From the NCBI GenBank assembly GCA_965207455.1, contig CBDBMJ010000001.1, forward strand, positions 1,568,001 through 1,632,000: DNA of 64,000 nt. Reading direction: 5' to 3'. A program made the translations under genes and the position numbers. Below the pieces are notes generated by a model. That model did no database searches. It was not told the origin of the DNA and saw only the letters and a program-made list of their open reading frames with translations. This stretch comes from Bdellovibrionota bacterium. GTDB lineage: Bacteria; Bdellovibrionota; UBA1018; CAIPTA01; JAALKR01. Shown one piece after another: positions 36,311 through 46,577 of the stretch (the stretch's first letter is position 1; each line of letters begins with the position of its first letter).

Positions 36311-37339
36311 GATGGGCAGTATATAATAAAGAAAAGCAATAAGCATGTAAGGAATAAAAAGAAATGTGCTGTCCTTATGGAGAATGCTCATCATTATTCT
36401 ATCCATGTAGCCAGGTGTATGTGTTTCTTCTAGTTTTATTTCCTCTGGTTTTATTTTCTTCGCAGCGCTGCAAATTTTTTTGTAAAATTCAAACCATTTA
36501 TTTAATGGAGCATGTTTTACTAAATGAAGGAAAAAGAATCGTATATAGAATAGATGGAGCAGGGTCATGTCTCTCTTGGAGGCTTTGATGCTGTTATAGG
36601 CTTCCTTGGAGAACTCATACGACGGGAAAACATCAAAAGATTGAAGAGAGCGTTTGCTTGTTATGCTGCCTGCATGCCTCCGGTAGTAAAGCAAGGTATG
36701 GTTTATTTTGCATATCTTATTAGAAACAAGAAACATTTTTTTTGCAGGTAGAATATCCTCGCTCATCCTTAGATCAGCAGGAGCTTGTATATTATATTGG
36801 TTCCAAACGGATTTTTTAAAAAGTTTCCAGCATATCGTTATAAAATGAAAAGAATGATAGAAGAAATCGTCAGAGAGGTCTTGGCGACAAAACACTGAGG
36901 GAAGTGTACTAAATTCTTGATTAAATTTTGTAGAGGCTGGGGCAGGCAGTGGCGTATAATTTTTCTGGTCTTTAAATTTTTTATAATCCCCTAAGACAAT
37001 ATCAGCATTATGTTCTACGGCTGCTTTATGGGCTTCTTCTAGGGCGTTGGGAGGAATCAAATCATCCGGGTCGAGGAAGAATAGGTATTCCCCTTGGGCG
37101 TGCGCCACTCCTGAGTTGCGAGCAGCACCCGTGCCCTGGTTTTCTTGGGTTAGGATTTTAATTCGAGGGTCAAGTGCTGCTGCCTCGCGAACAATTGCTT
37201 CAGACTGATCTGGAGATCCATCTATAACGAAGATGGCTTCCCAATTTTCCATGCTTTGATTTTGCACGGAGATCAGGCAATTCTTTAGCCAAGGTTCCAC
37301 ATTATACACGGGCAGGATGATAGAAATACTAGGACCCAT
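36284..37339 (-). CDS. Glycosyltransferase family 2
   Basis: ISIILPVYNVE, IDGSPD, NQGTGAARN, FLDPDD, SEDI, YYRR...SIT. Confidence 0.9.
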   Translation of the reverse strand: MGPSISIILPVYNVEPWLKNCLISVQNQSMENWEAIFVIDGSPDQSEAIVREAAALDPRIKILTQENQGTGAARNSGVAHAQGEYLFFLDPDDLIPPNALEEAHKAAVEHNADIVLGDYKKFKDQKNYTPLPAPASTKFNQEFSTLPSVFCRQDLSDDFFYHSFHFITICWKLFKKSVWNQYNIQAPADLRMSEDILPAKKMFLVSNKICKINHTLLYYRRHAGSITSKRSLQSFDVFPSYEFSKEAYNSIKASKRDMTLLHLFYIRFFFLHLVKHAPLNKWFEFYKKICSAAKKIKPEEIKLEETHTPGYMDRIMMSILHKDSTFLFIPYMLIAFLYYILPILIRKIIHR

Positions 37340-37395
37340 AGCTTGGAGCGTATCAGATTTTTTATTCGAACGGAACCAGAAACAGAGGCATATTG

Positions 37396-38484
37396 TTATT
37401 TATTGAACCATACCCGCAACTGCCTTACCCAAGATGGAGGAAGGTGATAGATGACTTGACTGCGAATCATACTATTGAATGTGAGAATCATGAGGTGTAG
37501 AAATACAATAAAAGATTTTCTTTTCCACTTATGCAAGTTGAGTCCATCTAATTTCTTTTCGGTTTTTGCGTACTCCATTTTTGCAATTAGTGGGGCGCAT
37601 TGGGTATAAAAGTGCCACCAGTCTTTGCGAGGGATTACGAACAGTATGGAGAACCTAAAGGAGCGAATAAAAAATTTCTCCATCTCAAGGCGGAGTGTTT
37701 TCCAGTGCGGTATGGATTGAAAAGATTCCATGGCCAGTGGATAGGCTCTTAAAATTTCAAGTGATTTTTTTGTTCGTTGGCCGGTATTACTATTGTATCT
37801 TCGGCGATACAAAACAGTTACAAATGGGCAAGAGACAATAATTTTACTGGAATGGAAGAATTTTTTCACTGGGATAATATCTTCTGCCATTAATAGGTTT
37901 TCAGGAACATGGCAATTCAGCTCTGCCCATAATTGTCTTCGGAACAATTTTCCCCAGCACGTTATGGTAAAACTACTTAGGATTAATTTTTCATATTTGT
38001 CTTTGAGCGTAGTCCAATCCAACGTTTCTGTTTCTTTGGGAAAAAAATTAAGAAAGGAATTTTGTAATGGATAGTTTTTATTTGCATGGGGTTTTTCTTT
38101 TTTATCTATAAAGGTATGGAAATCTCCAATCACCATATCAGCTCCGTGTGACTGGGCTGCTTGGTATAGATTTTCTAAGGCGTTATTGGCAAGCACATCA
38201 TCGGAGTCTAAAAAGCACAGGAACTCTCCCCCAGCATGTTGGCATCCCGTATTGCGAGCAGCTCCTAGACCCATATTTTTTGTATGCTCTAGGATTGTAT
38301 ATCTCTGGTCTGCCCCAGCGTAGGACTCCATGATTTCTTTAGAGGCATCTTGAGAGCAGTCATTTATCAGAATGGCTTCCCAGTCCTGAAAGCTTTGATT
38401 TTGCACGGAGCTTAGGCAATCATTTAGCCAAGGTTCCACATTAAATACGGGAATGATCAGGCTAATTTTGCAGGTTGATGGCAT
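37396..38484 (-). CDS. Glycosyltransferase family 2 (paralog of neighbour)
   Basis: ISLIIPVFNVE, NDCSQD, NMGLGAARN, FLDSDD, AEDI. Start at ATG 38484 after AAGGA. Confidence 0.9.
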   Translation of the reverse strand: MPSTCKISLIIPVFNVEPWLNDCLSSVQNQSFQDWEAILINDCSQDASKEIMESYAGADQRYTILEHTKNMGLGAARNTGCQHAGGEFLCFLDSDDVLANNALENLYQAAQSHGADMVIGDFHTFIDKKEKPHANKNYPLQNSFLNFFPKETETLDWTTLKDKYEKLILSSFTITCWGKLFRRQLWAELNCHVPENLLMAEDIIPVKKFFHSSKIIVSCPFVTVLYRRRYNSNTGQRTKKSLEILRAYPLAMESFQSIPHWKTLRLEMEKFFIRSFRFSILFVIPRKDWWHFYTQCAPLIAKMEYAKTEKKLDGLNLHKWKRKSFIVFLHLMILTFNSMIRSQVIYHLPPSWVRQLRVWFNK

Positions 38485-38536
38485 GGTATGTTCCTTGCTT
38501 ACTATAGTGTATGGGCGTAATCCAGTCAAGTGCCTG

Positions 38537-41410
38537 TTACAGGTCAAATTTTGACTTGTTCGGAATGAAAATTGTCTTTACTCGTTTATCCATAAATACT
38601 TTATCTTTGGTCAGTAACTCCATAAAAGAGTCTTCCTCTAGGTGGAGTGTGTAGTTCACATGATAGTTTATATTTTTTATTTTCACATAACGTTTCACAA
38701 GTGGATACAATTCTCTATTAAAAGACAACGCCCGCAGGTTTGCTGTTTTCATTTTCTGGGATATTTTTGCGCCCCATTTTTGAGCCTCGGATTTAGAGAG
38801 TTTCTTTTCCATTGGCAGAAGATGGCGGGACACAGACCAGCCTTTTTTTTGTATTTTTTTGAGAATGGGCATAGTTAATGAGAATACAAGGATGGATTTA
38901 TTTTTTATTTTAAATTTTTTATCAATGCCATCCAATTGCTTTAGGATTTTTTTGTAATTATGTTCATTTAAATTTTTCAATTCCAAAACCAACCGCTGTA
39001 TTTTTTTGTGTGAAATTTTGCTGAGATAATTTTCTAGCTTCAAACCTAGGGAATTAGCATTTTCTCCAAGATGAAGATTTCCATCCTTTGCAAGCCAAAG
39101 GTTTAGCCCAAAAGATCGGAAGCCATTATTCCATGCTTCTTTTAGCTTTCCCAGTGAGTTTACTTTACTTAAAAAAACTCGGTTGGATTGCTTGGATTGT
39201 ACAAGGTCCATCGTATTTTTCCTTGTCCAGTAAATAGCATTATCACTATCTGTATATTTTTTCTTTCTACGCAAGACGTAGGCTTCACTTGGTTTTAGCT
39301 CATAGTTTGAGGAAGATAAATCGTATTTAGAGTGATAGCGTTTTGTTTTTATATTGAAAATTCCGATTAAAGTATCGTAGAGAAAACCGTTGGAATACAG
39401 CGATTGGGTGTTATTTAATAATGCTTGGAATTTATTTGGGTATCGTTTTTTGTATTTGGGGGAAAACCACGCAAGCATGGGGATTTCTGTCATCTCGTAG
39501 GTGAAACTTCCAGAATTATGCCCCAGATTATTAAAAATATCCTCACTGTGATCGGAAATATAGAGAAAACCAGTAACACCACCTTTCTTTTGTACTATTT
39601 TTAAAAGAGAGCTAACCACATAATCATTATAGAGTACGCTGTTATCATAGCAATTTATATTCTCCCAGTTGAATTTTTTTGAATCGCTTGAAATTGTTGA
39701 ACCAAAATTTCCTGGCTTTAAGCTGCCCGTAAATAGAGGAAACTCATTTTTCGGATATCTTGCACAATAATGTGAATGACTGCCCATTAGGTGCACAAAA
39801 ATTATGCGGCTCTTCTTGGTTTTCTCCATTAACACATTTTCCACTTCTTTAATCATTCCTCCATCATATTTATCCGCTCGTACTCTTTTCCCGATTGTTG
39901 AGTTTATACTCACCACATTTTTTGCCTCTAAGCCAATGGCAGCAGCCATATTATCCCAAGGACCCATTAAATTCTGATTGGAAATCCAATGGGTTTCTGC
40001 ATGGGATTTATTTATTATATTTATGATAGAGGGTGACTGGTGATATTTTTTTTCGTTTAATTGGTTTGCCTCTGTTAATGCCAAGCTAAGAGTTGCACCT
40101 GTATGGGTGTGGCTGGAATAAGCATTTTGGAATACAATTAAATTTTCCATTTTTGACAAATTCGGTGTTGTTTCCCGTGCGTAACCATAAAGACCCATAT
40201 GCTGTTTATTTAATGATTCGCCAATTACCACAATATAGATTTCATCTTCCTCAGTCTTGCTTGCAGTAATGTCAACTCCCTTTGTTCGTGATGATTGGAA
40301 TTTTCTAAATAATATTAGTTGACGGGTATACCGGTAAGAACTCATTATAATGAGTTCTGGAATTTTAGGGTGCTTGAGTTGAGCCAGACCTATGGTAAAT
40401 GTGATAAGTATTAGAACTATAAGGTAAGAAGCCTTTATTTCCACACCCTTCATTTTCTTTTGTTTCCATAGCAGCGCTATAAAAATAGCTGATATAAGGC
40501 TTGCAATAAGTCCCCATTGGAGAGGAATAAAACTAAGAGCATGCTCCCATACCTCCTTATAATTAGATTGGAGTAATGCAACCACAGTATGCCTATCAAT
40601 GCTTGCCCCATAATTTATGGTGTATGCTATGAACAATGCCGGCACAACGTATGCTGCAAAAAATACGATATGAAGGCAAGCTGAAAGAACTTTAAATCTC
40701 AAGGATTGTGAGGATTTTTGCTGAAAAAGAATAAATAAAAATGTAAAGCCCATTGCTAGGGAGGTATAAATAATTGCCGTTCGAAGATCTTGCGCTCCCC
40801 AGTTGATTTTTTCTGCCAGTAACGATAATAGAAATATAAAATAGGAATTTATAAAAATTACGGCATAGCCCTTAGTAAATAAAAAAATGAAAAGTATGAA
40901 CCATAAAAATACTGGTATACAAGAATATAGAAAGTGCCATCTATCTTTGATTTTTATTCGAAGATCTGCTCGATGGAAGAAAGAATTACCATGCCCAGTT
41001 GCAATTATCTCAATTTCATCACCTGTGCGAACATCTAAGAATAACTGACTCTTTGCCGTTACTAGGACTTTTTGAATTATTTTCCCATTCTTCTTAATAC
41101 GAAAATCTATATTTCCAGTACTTGAGGCTGGTGCAATGGAAAAATTGAATCGAATATTTGCTGGCTGGAGAAATACAATACGTCCAGTGGCAGAATTTTT
41201 TGTACTTATTTGGATAAAAAAATAGCTATCTGTAACTTTTTTAAATAAAGCTTCTTGGCTTGTGCTTACGGTGTTAAATTTGTAGTAATCTTTATTTATA
41301 TCCTGATAGCCATCTCCCATGGGAGCTAGAATGAAGTACGTCGCAAATATACTGATAATCCCTAAGAATAGAAGAATTTTTTTTCTTTTATTGTCCAGCA
41401 AGTGTTTCAT
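38537..41410 (-). CDS. Phosphoethanolamine-transferase family (EptA/CptA-like) with extra N- and C-terminal domains
   Basis: TM block, then VIGES, YGYARETTP, HT (Thr nucleophile), VHLMGSH, YDNSVLYND, SDHSE, GH; ~215-aa C-terminal extension. Confidence 0.85.
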   Translation of the reverse strand: MKHLLDNKRKKILLFLGIISIFATYFILAPMGDGYQDINKDYYKFNTVSTSQEALFKKVTDSYFFIQISTKNSATGRIVFLQPANIRFNFSIAPASSTGNIDFRIKKNGKIIQKVLVTAKSQLFLDVRTGDEIEIIATGHGNSFFHRADLRIKIKDRWHFLYSCIPVFLWFILFIFLFTKGYAVIFINSYFIFLLSLLAEKINWGAQDLRTAIIYTSLAMGFTFLFILFQQKSSQSLRFKVLSACLHIVFFAAYVVPALFIAYTINYGASIDRHTVVALLQSNYKEVWEHALSFIPLQWGLIASLISAIFIALLWKQKKMKGVEIKASYLIVLILITFTIGLAQLKHPKIPELIIMSSYRYTRQLILFRKFQSSRTKGVDITASKTEEDEIYIVVIGESLNKQHMGLYGYARETTPNLSKMENLIVFQNAYSSHTHTGATLSLALTEANQLNEKKYHQSPSIINIINKSHAETHWISNQNLMGPWDNMAAAIGLEAKNVVSINSTIGKRVRADKYDGGMIKEVENVLMEKTKKSRIIFVHLMGSHSHYCARYPKNEFPLFTGSLKPGNFGSTISSDSKKFNWENINCYDNSVLYNDYVVSSLLKIVQKKGGVTGFLYISDHSEDIFNNLGHNSGSFTYEMTEIPMLAWFSPKYKKRYPNKFQALLNNTQSLYSNGFLYDTLIGIFNIKTKRYHSKYDLSSSNYELKPSEAYVLRRKKKYTDSDNAIYWTRKNTMDLVQSKQSNRVFLSKVNSLGKLKEAWNNGFRSFGLNLWLAKDGNLHLGENANSLGLKLENYLSKISHKKIQRLVLELKNLNEHNYKKILKQLDGIDKKFKIKNKSILVFSLTMPILKKIQKKGWSVSRHLLPMEKKLSKSEAQKWGAKISQKMKTANLRALSFNRELYPLVKRYVKIKNINYHVNYTLHLEEDSFMELLTKDKVFMDKRVKTIFIPNKSKFDL

Positions 41411-41419
41411 ATCTGAATT

Positions 41420-42649
41420 CTATTTGATTTTTACCTCCACACTATTTGCCACAATGGACCGAGAGTGTATCTGAGGGGGAGTTTCCATCACAAAAGCTAT
41501 TTGTATATGGGATATATCCAGAAGCACTTCTCGCTGGGAATGTGTACTAATGTATAAACCTGCCATATAGTCCCCAAGATTTAATTGCATGGCACACATC
41601 CGCACATTTATTTCCAGTATACCTTTATTGAATTCAAATATGGAGTTGGTATGCAATCCTGGAATATGGAGAATGGGGTCTATTTCATTATTATGAATCC
41701 ATGTGTCCACAAAACAAGGACCATAGTCCTTATCAGCCTTCAATTTAAAATGAAAATTCCAGTCATCTCCAGATTTTACGTTTCCGCATGATTTGACCTC
41801 TAAAATTTCTATTCCATCCTCTTGGTGCTTTATTTTAATGTCCTCAAATTCTCTCCCCATGGAATCCCTTGCGTACCTATCTGCCGTGGATTCAATATCG
41901 CCTAGGTGGACCAATTTCCCGTGGTTTAATAATAAACCTTTATTACAGAGTTGTTTCGTGAGGTTAATATTGTGGGAGACAAATAGGATCGTCTTTCCTT
42001 CACTTTTTGAGGCCGCGTTCATTTTTTGTATGCATTTTTGTTGGAACTCCACATCCCCAACTGCGAGAGCTTCGTCTATAATCATAATATCACTCTCCAA
42101 ATGGGCTGCAACGGAAAAGCCCAGGCGTGCACCCATTCCAGAAGAGTAGCGCTTTAGGGGGACTTCTAGGAATGTTTCCACGCCGGCAAAGTCCACAATT
42201 TCATCGAAGCGTCGCCCTATTTCTCGTTTGTTCATGCCCAGTATGGCGCCGTTGAGGTAGATGTTTTCCCGCCCCGTTAATTCGGGATGGAATCCTGTGC
42301 CCACCTCTAAGAGGCTAGCAATACGCCCCCGTATGGAAAGGCGTCCCGTGGTGGGTTCTGTGATTTGACTAAGGATTTTCAGTAGCGTGGATTTCCCTGC
42401 TCCATTACTACCAATAATACCCAGCTTGTCGCCTTTTTCTACTTCCAGGTTAATCCCTTGGAGGGCCCATATTTTTTTTTGGTTGCTTTTTTGGTTTTGA
42501 AAGAACCGCCAAGGGCGCAGAGATTTTTTCGCTCCTCGAACTAGGGACTCCCGGAGGGTGTCATACCCGGAGTAGCGGTTTTTTTTACTTTCTTGGATTT
42601 GGTAGCACTTGCTAACATCCTCTATTTTAATGGCTAGATCATCACGCAT
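41420..42649 (-). CDS. wzt: Polysaccharide ABC exporter ATP-binding subunit Wzt with C-terminal domain
   Basis: GSNGAGKSTLLK, LEVGTGFHPELTGRENI, YSSGM, DEALAVGD, VSH; ~130-aa C-terminal beta domain. ATG at 42649 directly follows the wzm stop. Confidence 0.9.
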   Translation of the reverse strand: MRDDLAIKIEDVSKCYQIQESKKNRYSGYDTLRESLVRGAKKSLRPWRFFQNQKSNQKKIWALQGINLEVEKGDKLGIIGSNGAGKSTLLKILSQITEPTTGRLSIRGRIASLLEVGTGFHPELTGRENIYLNGAILGMNKREIGRRFDEIVDFAGVETFLEVPLKRYSSGMGARLGFSVAAHLESDIMIIDEALAVGDVEFQQKCIQKMNAASKSEGKTILFVSHNINLTKQLCNKGLLLNHGKLVHLGDIESTADRYARDSMGREFEDIKIKHQEDGIEILEVKSCGNVKSGDDWNFHFKLKADKDYGPCFVDTWIHNNEIDPILHIPGLHTNSIFEFNKGILEINVRMCAMQLNLGDYMAGLYISTHSQREVLLDISHIQIAFVMETPPQIHSRSIVANSVEVKIK

Positions 42650-42650
42650 A

Positions 42651-43478
42651 CTATATTTTGTCCGCAAACTCGCGCTCCATTTTGAAAAATACCTTAAAGC
42701 CAACAAAAATCGCTATGAGGGTTAAAGCAATAGACATAAAAAAACCTGGTAAATAAAAATCTACGTTTTCTCCTAAAATACTCCATCGGTACCCATCAAT
42801 TACTCCCACCATTGGGTTTAGGGAATACCAAAAACGCCACTGATCGGGAATAGTGGCACTGGAAAAACCCACTGGGGAAATATACAGACCGAACTGAACA
42901 ATAAATGGTATTACATAGCGGAAATCTCGATAGAAAACATTGAGGGTGGAAATAATGAGAGCAATGCCAATGGTGCTCATTATGCCAAGAAGCATAAAGC
43001 AGGGAAGGAGGAGGATTTTCCAGTCGGGTACGAATTGATAGTAGACCATAAGACCAAATAAAATAAACAGAGAGATGAAGGTGTCCACAAGAGCAGTCAT
43101 GATAGTACTCATGGGTATGATGAGGCGGGGGAAATAGATTTTTGAAATGAGTTGGGTATTGTTAATCAAGCTGTCACTACTGAGTTGAATAGCAGAGGCA
43201 AAGAATTGCCAGGGAAGCAGTCCCGCAAACACGAGAAGTGCGTAGGGGGTGTCTCCTTCTGTGGGCAGTTTTGCCAGCTTTCCAAAAATTAGGGTGAACA
43301 CCACCATGGTAAGAAAGGGACGAAGCACAGACCATAGTATACCAAGGAGGGTTTGTTTGTAACGAATGAGAATATCTCGCCAAGCTAGGACAAAGAATAA
43401 TTCACGGAACGCGTATAAGGATTGCCAGTAATTCCTTGTTTTTTTATTGGCGACGATTTCTAGGACTGTATCACTCAT
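42651..43478 (-). CDS. wzm: Polysaccharide ABC exporter permease Wzm
   Basis: RDILIRYKQTLLG.LW..L.P, GLLPWQFF, LISKIYFPR, RDFRY, LNPM. Confidence 0.93.
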   Translation of the reverse strand: MSDTVLEIVANKKTRNYWQSLYAFRELFFVLAWRDILIRYKQTLLGILWSVLRPFLTMVVFTLIFGKLAKLPTEGDTPYALLVFAGLLPWQFFASAIQLSSDSLINNTQLISKIYFPRLIIPMSTIMTALVDTFISLFILFGLMVYYQFVPDWKILLLPCFMLLGIMSTIGIALIISTLNVFYRDFRYVIPFIVQFGLYISPVGFSSATIPDQWRFWYSLNPMVGVIDGYRWSILGENVDFYLPGFFMSIALTLIAIFVGFKVFFKMEREFADKI

Positions 43479-43530
43479 CTGTATAGGTAATAGCTATTTT
43501 ATATGAGGAAAAATGTCAAACAAAATATCT

Positions 43531-44682
43531 CTATCTGGATAATTTGATAAGAACGGATATGGGAAAATGGTCGGAAAACCCGGCATTTCTTGGAGTAGAC
43601 GCATGAAAGTTATAGCGAAGAGGAATATTGGTAATACGAGTGCCATAGGAGGGGTGTTTATTGGCAGTGTATGTATAGGTGGTGGTGATTTTTTCATGGG
43701 TAAATATCTTGAAGGATCGGGATTGTACTTCCATGCCTTTTCCGTCGTTGAGGTTCTGGGTGAGAAAGAAATAGTCCAGAAAATTCCATGCCATTTTAGG
43801 TGGGTAAAAGTAGGTACCGAATGGATTCCTTTTTTTGGCTCCTGTATTTATATTTTCACCCATCTTTTGGCGCTTCATCCTTTTTATATCCATAAGGGCA
43901 TTGGGCAATTCGCTATTCAGTAGAACAGACTGGAATGGGTGGGGGTAGTCTCTTGGGATAGTATTAAAATCTCCCGTTACTAAACCGTGGTAGTTATTTT
44001 CTCCAAAGTGTTTTCTATCGGAGTCCATAAATTCTTTCAATAGCCTAGCCATAACTAATCGACGGTCGCTGGGGTTAGCTTGTGAGGGCCAGTGGTTATT
44101 ATAGATAGCAAGTACATTATTTGTATTTCCTTTTTTCGGTCGAAAGTACACACCTAAAATATCTCGAGCAGGTCGCTTGGAAAAAACTGCAGAGGTTCTG
44201 TGACTAATATATTCCACCTTATTCTCATTGTATAAGAGGGCAACATCTATTCCCCTGGGGTCGGAACCTTCCTCAATAATAAAGTGCTGAAATCCCAAAG
44301 CAGCAGCGATCTTCTCCACCACATATTTATTTTCCACTTCCTGTACAGCAAGAATATCGGGAATACCTCCCTGTAAATCAAAGAGCAATTTTATTTGTTG
44401 TAGCTTGAGTCGAAATTTTTTCTCTGTCCAGTCCGTCAATAAACATTCTTTTTTACGAAGGCTACTCATTTTTTCACAGGCGTCTACTTTTCCCGGCCAG
44501 TCCGCAGGCAGAAAGGTCCAATCGTTTTTCCTTTCGTCGTGTTTATTGTCGAAAAAGTTCTCCACATTATAGGATGTAACTTTTAATACCCTATCTTTTG
44601 CAACATTGCTGTATTCTCCGGCATCGATCTTTTGGGATTGAATAAATACCAAGACCGCGATTATAATTAATGTGAACTTCAT
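43531..44682 (-). CDS. Secreted endonuclease/exonuclease/phosphatase-family protein
   Basis: Signal peptide; SYNVENFFD, QEVEN, DPRGIDVALLY, NHWPS, GDFN, SDHFP. Confidence 0.88.
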   Translation of the reverse strand: MKFTLIIIAVLVFIQSQKIDAGEYSNVAKDRVLKVTSYNVENFFDNKHDERKNDWTFLPADWPGKVDACEKMSSLRKKECLLTDWTEKKFRLKLQQIKLLFDLQGGIPDILAVQEVENKYVVEKIAAALGFQHFIIEEGSDPRGIDVALLYNENKVEYISHRTSAVFSKRPARDILGVYFRPKKGNTNNVLAIYNNHWPSQANPSDRRLVMARLLKEFMDSDRKHFGENNYHGLVTGDFNTIPRDYPHPFQSVLLNSELPNALMDIKRMKRQKMGENINTGAKKRNPFGTYFYPPKMAWNFLDYFFLTQNLNDGKGMEVQSRSFKIFTHEKITTTYTYTANKHPSYGTRITNIPLRYNFHASTPRNAGFSDHFPISVLIKLSR

Positions 44683-44863
44683 AGATTCTCCTATTTGTTA
44701 AATTTCATTGATTACATGGGTAGTGTCTCCTATGTGCGGAGTTTCTAGCAATTCTTTATTTTAATTTTTTAATTTTTTTTCTTTTGAAATTTTTACAATA
44801 AAGGTAGCTGCGTAAATATATTCTTACGTTCCCTAACATTAATGCGCAACAATCTGGAGTTTT

Positions 44864-45172
44864 TTATTGTAGTAATTTTTTTTGTAAGTCCCCGGACGCA
44901 TGCATTTCTGTAATAATATCACAACCGCCAATGAACTCACCATGAATGAAAACCTGAGGAGAGGTGGGCCACTGTGTGTATTTCTTGAGTCCCTCCCAGA
45001 TTTCTCTTTCTTCCATGATATTTATATAGTCAAAATCTGCATGCACCGCTTTTAGGGCCTCCACAGTGCGAGCTGAAAACCCACACATGGGAAAAGAGGG
45101 CGTTCCCTTCATAAAAATAAAGGCAGGCTTGGATTTTACTTTTTTTTCAATGATTTGCTGTATGTTACTCAT
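44864..45172 (-). CDS. grxD: Monothiol glutaredoxin Grx4
   Basis: FMKGTP..PMCGFS, WPT.PQ, GEFIGGCDI. Confidence 0.93.
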   Translation of the reverse strand: MSNIQQIIEKKVKSKPAFIFMKGTPSFPMCGFSARTVEALKAVHADFDYINIMEEREIWEGLKKYTQWPTSPQVFIHGEFIGGCDIITEMHASGDLQKKLLQ

Positions 45173-45209
45173 AATGTGGGCTCCTTTTACAATAGCTATT
45201 GTTATTCAG

Positions 45210-45470
45210 TCACTTAGTCTCCATAAACCCCTGTTCCTTGGCTTGCTTGGGCGTAAGGGTCTTCATGGATAGTGCATGAACGTCGTTTGTTTGAATTTCT
45301 TTCGCAAAGAGGTCTAAAATAAGCTTGTGCTGCTGTATGAGACTTTTTCCCTCAAAGGCATCAGCAATGACCAATGCATGAATATGGTCGCCCCCCCCAA
45401 GATCCTTTATTTCAGCACTGGCCCCAGGCACCTTATGCTCAATGCGCTCTTTAATCTCCTTTAACTCCAT
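45210..45470 (-). CDS. BolA/IbaG-family protein
   Basis: GGGDH, FEGKSLIQQH, VHALSMKT; adjacent to grxD as usual. Confidence 0.9.
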   Translation of the reverse strand: MELKEIKERIEHKVPGASAEIKDLGGGDHIHALVIADAFEGKSLIQQHKLILDLFAKEIQTNDVHALSMKTLTPKQAKEQGFMETK

Positions 45471-45638
45471 AGCTTGGGTATAGATGATTTTTACTTAGAT
45501 TGGAAGTGAAAACGATGGTGAGGTAGGCATTTTTGCCGCAAAGGCCCAGCGGTCTGGGTGATTGCATGATGGGTTTGCTGTACGCTCAAATCAGCTATAC
45601 TATTTTGATACCAATAGTCTGATGTTGCAAGCCGATAC

Positions 45639-45673
45639 AAAAAAAGCCCTCTTTTAAAAGAAAGCTTTTTTTT
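45639..45673 (-). terminator. Intrinsic terminator after the 45696-46457 gene
   Basis: Minus strand reads GCTTTCTTTTAAAAGAGGGC (hairpin with G-U pairs) followed by T7. Confidence 0.6.
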
Positions 45674-45695
45674 AGTATAAATTTATTCAATTCAG

Positions 45696-46457
45696 TTAAT
45701 TGATAATAGGGATAAGATACGTTGCATCCTCATTATTATTCAAATGGGCTGCGATTCTTTCAACCTCATCCGTAGAGGCTTCAGGAATTAATTTGTTGTC
45801 TATCATATAATACAATTTAGCTAGGCTATCGACCTTATAAGCAGCGATTGCGCAACCATTCTCTATATATTCATTAACTACTTTATTTATTCTGTTTTTA
45901 TTATCACGGCCTCCTCGTGAATAAAAATAATGTTCTTCTATTTCAGGGTAGTTACATATTTCAGCTATATTTTGGAAATTTTCAACTAAAGGAACTGTAT
46001 TGGCAATTTGCTGTATTGATTCTGCTGACGCTCCCTTGGGATCGAACACAAGTTCCACCTCTGGGTTCAAATCAGCGGCTACGGCAGATCCAACATAAAA
46101 AAATAAGGATATTGCTCCCAGAATCCCACCTATGCTGGTCATCATAGCCCTATATTTCATAGAATCTGAAGCAAGGTAAATATTTCTAGTATTTACAGCA
46201 TTTCCTAACCCACGTGCATGTAATTGCTTGTGATGCTGCAAAGCAAGTTGCGCTTTATTGAAGGCCGCTCCTTGGTATAAAGCAAGAACAAAAGATGCTC
46301 CAGCTGCTACGAGAAGTCTGCCATTACCGGCGGCCGCATATTGTGGGCTAACTAAAGCAAGACAAAGCAGCATAGCTAATATATTTTTTATTTTTTTCAT
46401 TTCATTTTTTATTTTTTCCATTTCTTTCTCCCTATTGTGTTTAATTATTTGCTTCAA
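45696..46457 (-). CDS. Secreted/membrane orphan protein
   Basis: Signal peptide (MKKIKNILAMLLCLALVSPQYAAA), two further hydrophobic segments, acidic C-terminal domain. True start likely 46421 or 46400. Confidence 0.7.
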   Translation of the reverse strand: MKQIIKHNREKEMEKIKNEMKKIKNILAMLLCLALVSPQYAAAGNGRLLVAAGASFVLALYQGAAFNKAQLALQHHKQLHARGLGNAVNTRNIYLASDSMKYRAMMTSIGGILGAISLFFYVGSAVAADLNPEVELVFDPKGASAESIQQIANTVPLVENFQNIAEICNYPEIEEHYFYSRGGRDNKNRINKVVNEYIENGCAIAAYKVDSLAKLYYMIDNKLIPEASTDEVERIAAHLNNNEDATYLIPIIN

Positions 46458-46577
46458 TCAATATTTAAGACACCATACGTCAAATTAGGTTATTGGTCAA
46501 GTATTATTTTCGCATATTATTATTTTTTTTAACTTATTGTTTTTACTGGATTTATTGAAATTATTGCCATCTTGCGC

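Noticed and set aside
45500..45590. c-di-GMP-I riboswitch-like stretch (GCCGCAAAGGCC...GGTCT)
   Set aside because: Lacks the upstream GGCAAAC..GAAA stem and lies on the strand opposite the flanking genes.
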